Shown here one piece after another: positions 58,044-64,000 of a DNA stretch of 64,000 nucleotides. The stretch lies in the NCBI GenBank assembly GCA_963753435.1, contig CAVWCF010000001.1:384001-448000 (forward strand). Direction: 5' to 3'. The position numbers and the translations under genes were made by a program. This DNA is from an uncultured Actinomycetota bacterium. Lineage in GTDB: Bacteria; Actinomycetota; Actinomycetes; CAVWCF01. Numbering within the stretch: the first letter of the stretch is position 1; the number at the start of each line of letters is the position of its first letter. Under the pieces are notes generated by a model. That model was not told the origin of the DNA, ran no database searches, and saw only the letters and a program-made list of their open reading frames with translations.

Positions 58044-58857
58044 GCGTCACGCCGACGGCGCCCACACCACAGCGGTCCTGGATCACCGGCCACACGACGA
58101 GGTCGTACTCCACGTGGATTCGGTGGTGCGCCGATACCCCGACGGCGGCGGTCGCTCGCTCGCGCTGGACGGGCTTAGTTTGGACGTGGCAGCCGGGGAG
58201 TTCCTTTGCATCGTCGGTCCCAGCGGCTGCGGCAAGTCGACCCTGTTGGACCTGCTTGCCGGCCATCAGATCCCCGACGCCGGGCACGTGGTCAGTCACG
58301 GAGTTGACGTAACCGGACCGGACCCGCGCCGCATGGTGGTTTTCCAGGAGCACGCGTTGTTCCCCTGGCTGTCGGTCATCCAGAACGTCGAGTTCGGACT
58401 GCGCGTTCGCGGCGACAGCCCGGACCGACGCCGACGCATTGCACTGGACTGGTTGGAGCGCGTCCATCTAGCCGACGTCGCCAACGCCCGAATCCATCAA
58501 CTATCCGGCGGCATGCGCCAACGCGTCGCCCTCGCGCGGGCCCTGGCGCTGCAGCCTGAGGTTCTGCTCATGGATGAGCCGTTCGCCGCCTTGGATGCCC
58601 AGACCCGGGACCAAATGCACGTAGAACTGCAGGAGTTGTGGGCTCAGTCCGGGACCACGATCGTTTTCGTCACCCACAACGTGCGGGAGGCCGTTCTCCT
58701 CGGCGACCGCGTGGTGGTGATGACCGGCAATCCGGGCCGAATCCGGGCCGTCTCGCACGTCCGGCTACCGCGTCCGCGTTCTTTGGAGGACCACTCCATT
58801 ACCGACCTGGCTCGACTGGTTGGTCGGTACCTGCGCGACACCGAGGTGCAGACATGA
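58036..58857 (+). CDS. ABC transporter ATP-binding protein (SsuB/TauB/NrtD type)
   Basis: GPSGCGKST, FQEHALFPW, LSGGMRQR, LMDEPFAALD, VTHN. Confidence 0.92.
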   Translation: MGERHADGAHTTAVLDHRPHDEVVLHVDSVVRRYPDGGGRSLALDGLSLDVAAGEFLCIVGPSGCGKSTLLDLLAGHQIPDAGHVVSHGVDVTGPDPRRMVVFQEHALFPWLSVIQNVEFGLRVRGDSPDRRRRIALDWLERVHLADVANARIHQLSGGMRQRVALARALALQPEVLLMDEPFAALDAQTRDQMHVELQELWAQSGTTIVFVTHNVREAVLLGDRVVVMTGNPGRIRAVSHVRLPRPRSLEDHSITDLARLVGRYLRDTEVQT

Positions 58858-59651
58858 CCTCCCTGCAGGCGGCCGCAGCACCAACAGCTCGCACGGATCG
58901 CCCCAGCTCTTGGGTGTTGCCGCCTTTGGTAGCCGGAGCCGTGGGCGTGGGCGCGTGGGCCCTCTGGGCTGTCGCCAACCCGGCTCTGCCCGGCCCGCTC
59001 ACCACCGCGGAAACGACCTGGCAGTTGCTCAGTAGCGGCGGCCTGGTTCCGGTGGTCGCCAGAACCGTGGGGCTCCTGCTTCTCGGTTTCGTGGGCTCGT
59101 TGGCGTTAGGCGTCTTCACCGGCCTTGCACTCGGGGCCTGGCCCCTGCTTGATCGGGCCCTGTCGCCGTACTTGATCGGGCTGCAGTCGCTGCCGAACGC
59201 AGTATTGGTGCCGCTGGGCCTGCTCCTAGCCGGCCCCTCCATTACGACGGTGGTGGCGTTGACCATCGTTGGCGCCACGCCATCAATCGCAATGGGCACT
59301 CGCGACTCCGTGAAAACCATCCCGCCGCTGCTGATCCGCGCGGGTCGGACCATGGGTGCGCGCGGCACAACGCTGGTCCGCACGGTGATCCTGCCCGCGG
59401 CCATGCCGGGTGTCGTCGACTCCCTGCAGTACGGCTGGGCGTTCGCGTTCCGGGCCGTCGTCGCCGCCGAGATCATCATCGGGACCGGGCTGGGCGCATT
59501 CCTTCGCGACGCCACGAGCGCGCAACGCAGCGACGAGGTACTTGCCGTGATCCTGGTGGTGCTGGTCCTGGGCATCCTGGTGGACCGGCTCGGGTTCGCG
59601 CAGATCCGGGCCAGGCTGCGCGCCGACCGCGGGCTGACGGGATCGGCATGA
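58854..59651 (+). CDS. ABC transporter permease (SsuC/TauC type)
   Basis: Multiple TMs, GLQSLP, RAGRTMGA, ILPAAMP, WAFAFRAVVAAE. Confidence 0.9.
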   Translation: MTSLQAAAAPTARTDRPSSWVLPPLVAGAVGVGAWALWAVANPALPGPLTTAETTWQLLSSGGLVPVVARTVGLLLLGFVGSLALGVFTGLALGAWPLLDRALSPYLIGLQSLPNAVLVPLGLLLAGPSITTVVALTIVGATPSIAMGTRDSVKTIPPLLIRAGRTMGARGTTLVRTVILPAAMPGVVDSLQYGWAFAFRAVVAAEIIIGTGLGAFLRDATSAQRSDEVLAVILVVLVLGILVDRLGFAQIRARLRADRGLTGSA

Positions 59652-60826
59652 CCTACCCGCTTTTCCTGCAGATGTCCGGGCGCCGTTGCGTCGTGGTCGG
59701 CGGTGGCCCGGTCGCCGCTCGGCGTGCGCGGGCGCTGCTCGAGGCCGGTGCTTCGGTGCACGTCGTCGCGCCTTGGGCGATCGAGGACATCCGCGACGCC
59801 GCCGCGGGCGGAATCCTGACTTGGGCCCAACGTGAGTACGAGCCGAAAGACTTGGCCGACACCTGGCTGGTGCACACCGCAACCGGGGACCAGGAGGTGG
59901 ACTCGGCCGTGGCCGCGGACGCCGAGAACGCACGGATTTGGTGCGTGCGCGCTGACGATCATGACCGGAGTGCCGCCTGGGCTCCCGCAGTGCACCGCAG
60001 TGGACCCGTCGTTGTTGCGGTCGCGTCGACGGACCCGAAGCGGTCGGTTGAGTTGCGAAACGCGATCGCCCTGCTGCTGGACACCGGTGCACTGCCCCGG
60101 CGCCACCGCCGGCCGGGACCCGGGCGGGTCTCGTTGGTCGGCGGCGGCCCTGGCGACGAGGGGCTGATCACCGTGCGCGGCCGGCAGCTGCTGGCTGAAG
60201 CGGACGTGGTCGTGGTGGATCGCCTCGCGCCCCAGCGACTGTTGGCCACCTTGGGCGACGACGTGGAGGTCATCGACGCGGGTAAGGCGCCGCACGCGCA
60301 CACGCTCACGCAGGACCAGATCAACGACCTCCTCATCAGCCGCGCGCGGGCCGGCAAGCAAGTCGTGCGGCTGAAGGGCGGTGACCCGTTCGTGCTGGGC
60401 CGAGGCGGCGAAGAGGCACTGGCGTGCCTAGGAGCGGGGGTTCCAGTAGAGGTCGTTCCGGGCGTCACCAGCGCCGTGGCGGTGCCGGCTGCGGCCGGAA
60501 TCCCCGTGACCCACCGCGGGCTGTCCCGCGGATTCGCTTTGGTGTCCGGCCACGAGGGCGATGTCGACTGGGCCGGACTGCGCGGCGCCGACACGCTGAT
60601 CGTGCTGATGGGAGTGGCTCGGCTGCCCCAGACCTGCGCCGCCCTGTTGGCCGCTGGACGAGACCCCAGCACGCCGGTGGCGGTGATCGAACGCGGCACC
60701 ACCCCACAACAGCGGACTACAACGGCGACGTTGACCGACATCCCCGAAGTCGCGGCCGCGGCGGGGGTGCAAGCGCCGGCGATCATCATCGTCGGTGATG
60801 TCGCTGCCCTTACTGTCTTCGGGTGA
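59648..60826 (+). CDS. cysG: siroheme synthase (precorrin-2 dehydrogenase + uroporphyrinogen-III C-methyltransferase)
   Basis: YPLFL, VVGGGPVA, then VGGGPGD, RLKGGDPFVLGRGGEE, PGVTS, PVTHRG. Confidence 0.92.
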   Translation: MTYPLFLQMSGRRCVVVGGGPVAARRARALLEAGASVHVVAPWAIEDIRDAAAGGILTWAQREYEPKDLADTWLVHTATGDQEVDSAVAADAENARIWCVRADDHDRSAAWAPAVHRSGPVVVAVASTDPKRSVELRNAIALLLDTGALPRRHRRPGPGRVSLVGGGPGDEGLITVRGRQLLAEADVVVVDRLAPQRLLATLGDDVEVIDAGKAPHAHTLTQDQINDLLISRARAGKQVVRLKGGDPFVLGRGGEEALACLGAGVPVEVVPGVTSAVAVPAAAGIPVTHRGLSRGFALVSGHEGDVDWAGLRGADTLIVLMGVARLPQTCAALLAAGRDPSTPVAVIERGTTPQQRTTTATLTDIPEVAAAAGVQAPAIIIVGDVAALTVFG

Positions 60827-61512
60827 TGAACGGCCTGCTCCTGGTCGGGCATGGGTCCGCCGACCCACGTCACGCCGCCGCCCTGCAGCGGTTGACCGAC
60901 CGGGTTCGTTCGCTGACAGCCAACCCCACGGAACTGGGCTTCCTCGAACACAACCAGCCCGCAGCCGCCGGGGCGGCTATGCAGTTGCGTCTTGCCGGCG
61001 CGGACGCCCTGATCCTGGTTCCGCTGCTGCTCAGCGACGGATTTCACGCTCGCGCCGACGTCCCCCAAGCCGCAGCGTTGGCCTCGCGTGCAAGCGGCCT
61101 ACCGGTAGCGGTGGCCGCCGCACTGGGACCGCACCAACTGATCGCAGCCGCATGCCGCCAGCGAGTGTCCGACGAGATCGGCAGCGGTCGGCTGCTGCTG
61201 GCGCAACCGGGCGAAGCAGACAGCGCCGCCGGCGAACTGGCCGAGTCTGTGGCCCGGGACCTGGCGGTGCCGGTGACACACGGTCTTGAAGCACTGGAGC
61301 ATGAACTTGGCCACGCCACCGCGGACACCGTGGTCATCCGGCTGCTGCTGGCCGACGGCGTACTCGCAGATCGCATGGGAGCCATCTGTCGGGCCGCCGG
61401 GGTGGACAGCATCGGAGTGCTCGCGGACGCGCCGGCCCTGGCGGATCTGGTGCTGCTGCGTGCCGCAGAGGCAGCAGTGCCAGGATCAGAGGGTGCACCG
61501 CCTGCATCCTGA
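60826..61512 (+). CDS. sirohydrochlorin chelatase (SirB/CbiX family)
   Basis: LVGHGSADP, GFLE, VPLLLSDGFHARADVP, LGPH. Confidence 0.85.
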   Translation: MNGLLLVGHGSADPRHAAALQRLTDRVRSLTANPTELGFLEHNQPAAAGAAMQLRLAGADALILVPLLLSDGFHARADVPQAAALASRASGLPVAVAAALGPHQLIAAACRQRVSDEIGSGRLLLAQPGEADSAAGELAESVARDLAVPVTHGLEALEHELGHATADTVVIRLLLADGVLADRMGAICRAAGVDSIGVLADAPALADLVLLRAAEAAVPGSEGAPPAS

Positions 61513-62167
61513 CCAAGGCGCCGTCGACCTGGCCCAGGCCTACTCGTGGCCTTCCGGGCCCTGGGTGCGCGGCGTGATGGTCGCTTCGGTAGACGGCGCT
61601 ACGGCCGGTCCGGAGAACCTGAGCGGCTCCATCTCAAGCCCCGCGGACAAGGCAGTGTTCGCGCATCTGCGGCAGACCGCCGATGTCATCCTGGTGGGCG
61701 CCGGGACCGTGCGCGCCGAGGGCTACCGCCCTGCTAAGCGTCCGATTGCTGTGGTCAGTGCCTCCTTGGACCTGGACACCGGTGCCCCGTTGTTCGCCGA
61801 AGCCGAGCAGCAGACGATCGTCGTAACGACGCAGGACGCTGACCCGGACCGGATGATCGAGATTTCGGCGGTGGCTGAGGTGATCGTCGCCGGTGCCGAC
61901 CGGGTCGATCCACAAGCGCTGATCGAAGCCCTGACCGAACGCGGACTGCGGCACGTGGCCTGTGAGGGCGGGCCGACCCTGCTTGCCGATCTGGCGGCGG
62001 GCGACCTGCTGGACGAGCTCTGCCTCACCCTCTCCCCCCTGCTTGTGGGTGGACAGGCCCGGCGGGTGCTGGACGGTGACCCGCTGCTGCCGCCACAGCA
62101 ACTGTCCTTGCACGCCCTCTTTCGCGAAGACGACACCCTCTTCGCCCAATACCGGAGGAAGCGATGA
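61493..62167 (+). CDS. RibD C-terminal domain (pyrimidine reductase family) protein
   Basis: MVASVDG, ADVILVGAGTVRAEGY, CEGGPTL, LDELCLTLSP. Confidence 0.88.
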   Translation: MHRLHPDQGAVDLAQAYSWPSGPWVRGVMVASVDGATAGPENLSGSISSPADKAVFAHLRQTADVILVGAGTVRAEGYRPAKRPIAVVSASLDLDTGAPLFAEAEQQTIVVTTQDADPDRMIEISAVAEVIVAGADRVDPQALIEALTERGLRHVACEGGPTLLADLAAGDLLDELCLTLSPLLVGGQARRVLDGDPLLPPQQLSLHALFREDDTLFAQYRRKR

Positions 62168-63225
62168 CGTTGCCGTTCGGTCCCCCCATCAAGCCCATGC
62201 TCGCCAAGCCCGTCGCCGGTATACCCACCGCCGCCGGGCTGCTGTACGAACCGAAGTGGGACGGGTTCCGCTGCCTGGCTTTTGTAGACGGCGACGACGT
62301 TCGCCTCCAGAGCCGGGACACCCGCGATCTGGGCCGCTACTTCCCCGAAGTCGTAGCGATGCTGGCTGAACAGTTGGACAGACCATGCGTGCTCGATGGC
62401 GAAGTAGTGATCGCGCGCGGTGATCGCCTTGACTTCGAGGCGTTGCTGGCGCGGATTCACCCCGCCCAATCCAGGGTGCGCCTGCTTGCTGAGGAGACCC
62501 CCGCCGCCTACGTGGCGTTCGATGCGTTGGCCGTCGACGGCCAAGACCTGCGCCAGCAGCCGTTCGCTGATCGGCGCGCACGTCTTGAGTTGCTGCTCGC
62601 TGACGCCGGCCCGCCCCTGTTCCTCACGCCGGCGACGCCGGACGCGGACCTCGCACAGCAATGGTTCGAGGTGTTCGAAGGGGCCGGGCTCGACGGTGTG
62701 ATCGCCAAGCCGTTGGACGGCACGTACACCGAGAACCAACGAACACTGATGAAGATCAAGCACTCCCGCACCGCGGATTGTGTGGTTGCCGGCTACCGGA
62801 TGCACAAGAGCGGCGATGGGGTCGGTTCGCTGCTCCTGGGACTGTTCGACTCCGACGCCAAACTGCAGTTCGTGGGGGTCGCATCGTCGTTCACCGCGTC
62901 CCGACGCGCCGAACTGGCCGATGAGTTGCAGCCGCTGCTACTGGATCCGACCGAGGACCACCCGTGGGGTGACTGGGCCGACCCCGCCAGCGCCGACCGC
63001 AAGCCTGGCGCCCAGAGCCGCTGGAACTCGGGTAAGGACTTGTCGTGGTCCCCGCTGCGGCCGGAACTTGTGGCCGAGGTGGCCTATGACCACATGCAAG
63101 GGACCCGGTTTCGGCACACCACGCGGCTGGTGCGGTTCCGACCGGACCGCGACCCGGATTCCTGCACGTATGAACAACTGCAACGGCCCCAACGATTCGA
63201 CCTGGCCGAGGTCCTGAGTGGCTGA
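62164..63225 (+). CDS. ligC: ATP-dependent DNA ligase LigC
   Basis: PMLAK, YEPKWDGFR, YFPE, LDGE, GLDGVIAK, KIKHSRTADCVV, RFRHT..RPDR. Confidence 0.92.
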   Translation: MTLPFGPPIKPMLAKPVAGIPTAAGLLYEPKWDGFRCLAFVDGDDVRLQSRDTRDLGRYFPEVVAMLAEQLDRPCVLDGEVVIARGDRLDFEALLARIHPAQSRVRLLAEETPAAYVAFDALAVDGQDLRQQPFADRRARLELLLADAGPPLFLTPATPDADLAQQWFEVFEGAGLDGVIAKPLDGTYTENQRTLMKIKHSRTADCVVAGYRMHKSGDGVGSLLLGLFDSDAKLQFVGVASSFTASRRAELADELQPLLLDPTEDHPWGDWADPASADRKPGAQSRWNSGKDLSWSPLRPELVAEVAYDHMQGTRFRHTTRLVRFRPDRDPDSCTYEQLQRPQRFDLAEVLSG

Positions 63226-63710
63226 GCCCTACGATCCAACTGTGCGAACGATCGTGGTGCTCACCGAGACCGAGTTGGACGAACACGACATCACCCGAAT
63301 CGGGGAGTTGTACGGGCCGGAGGCTTTCCAGGCCATCGTGGTGTTGCCAGTGGGCGATGACCGCAGCGCGCTCACCGAAGCGGTCGAGGACGTTGCCCTG
63401 GGCCGACTGGACGACGCGCTGCGCGCCGACCCCGGACTGGACGACAACTCCGCCGCCGCTGCCGCGCAACGATCGGCCAGTGCGCTGCAGGCCGCCGGGT
63501 GGTCGGCTGAGGCGCAAACCTCCCCCGCCGACCCGATCGACACCGTCGCCGCTCTTGTCGCCGATCGTGACGTCGAGCAGGTCCTGGTTCTGACCGAACC
63601 GCACCCCGTGGAAACGACCCTGCGTCGGGACTGGGGCAGCCGCCTGCACAAGCGTGTGTCCAGTTCCGGTGCTGCACGCGATCTCCGGAACCGACCGCGT
63701 AATCCGCTAG
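63218..63710 (+). CDS. conserved actinobacterial USP-like hypothetical protein (apparent +1 frameshift near 63662)
   Basis: VLVLTEPHPVETTLRRDWGSR; the expected tail VPVLHAISGTDRVIR* lies in the next frame, with TAG at 63708-63710. Confidence 0.65.
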
Positions 63711-63724
63711 CCCGTCGGGCCCGA

Positions 63725-64000
63725 CTACTCCTCGCCTGCGGAGTCGGCGGATCCGGTCGTGGTGGCGGGCTGCTGAGTGCGCGAATGCCCGGCAATCGGA
63801 CCGCTGTGTGCGCGGGCACTTGGGTCGCGGCGCACCTTGAGCCAGGAAGCAACCCCGGTGACGACGAGGGTCACGATGATCACCGCCAGTGAGACCGTGG
63901 TCGGGATCTTGGGGATGTCCGCGTTGACCTCGTGGAGGAACGTCAGGATCAGTTTGACGCCGATGAAAGCCAGGATGAAGGAAAGGCCGACGGCCAGGTA
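63725..64000 (-). CDS. TerC/Alx family membrane protein, 3' end (runs off window)
   Basis: Translated by hand: YLAVGLSFILAFIGVKLIL...IPTTVSLAVIIVTLVVTGVASW; TAG at 63725-63727. Confidence 0.8.
   Translation of the reverse strand, partial: YLAVGLSFILAFIGVKLILTFLHEVNADIPKIPTTVSLAVIIVTLVVTGVASWLKVRRDPSARAHSGPIAGHSRTQQPATTTGSADSAGEE

Noticed and set aside
1-64000. CRISPR array, rRNA, IS elements, defence systems
   Set aside because: No regularly spaced repeats, rRNA-like tracts, transposases or recognisable defence genes; intergenic gaps are all short.

Overview
High-GC actinobacterial chromosome segment, mostly the conserved core block thrS-HIT-fusA2-pgsA-patA-pimA-pdxST-yebC-ruvCAB-yajC-secDF-apt-rel-DUF349-ppi-hisS-aspS-rarA-alaS-ruvX-mltG-aroE. 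It also holds an ssgB-like/tRNA-Val locus, a tRNA Gly-Cys-Val cluster followed by a small accessory patch, an oleA-oleBC-oleD olefin biosynthesis cluster, a sulfate-assimilation/siroheme operon with an unannotated Cys-containing leader peptide, and ligC. The best candidate for an undescribed system is at the left end. A Roadblock/LC7 (MglB-like), DUF4388/winged-helix and MglA/CvnD-like small GTPase trio sits directly upstream of type IVa pilus motor genes pilB-pilT-pilC. The same CTCAAG-N14/15-GCCGA motif (FliA/WhiG sigma28-type promoter) precedes the roadblock gene, pilB and pilT, which suggests a co-regulated GTPase switch controlling retractile pili in an actinobacterium. Several apparent single-base frameshifts (pilT 5' extension, oleD, last complete gene) may be assembly errors. 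All calls come from motif recognition and synteny recalled from knowledge; no searches were run.
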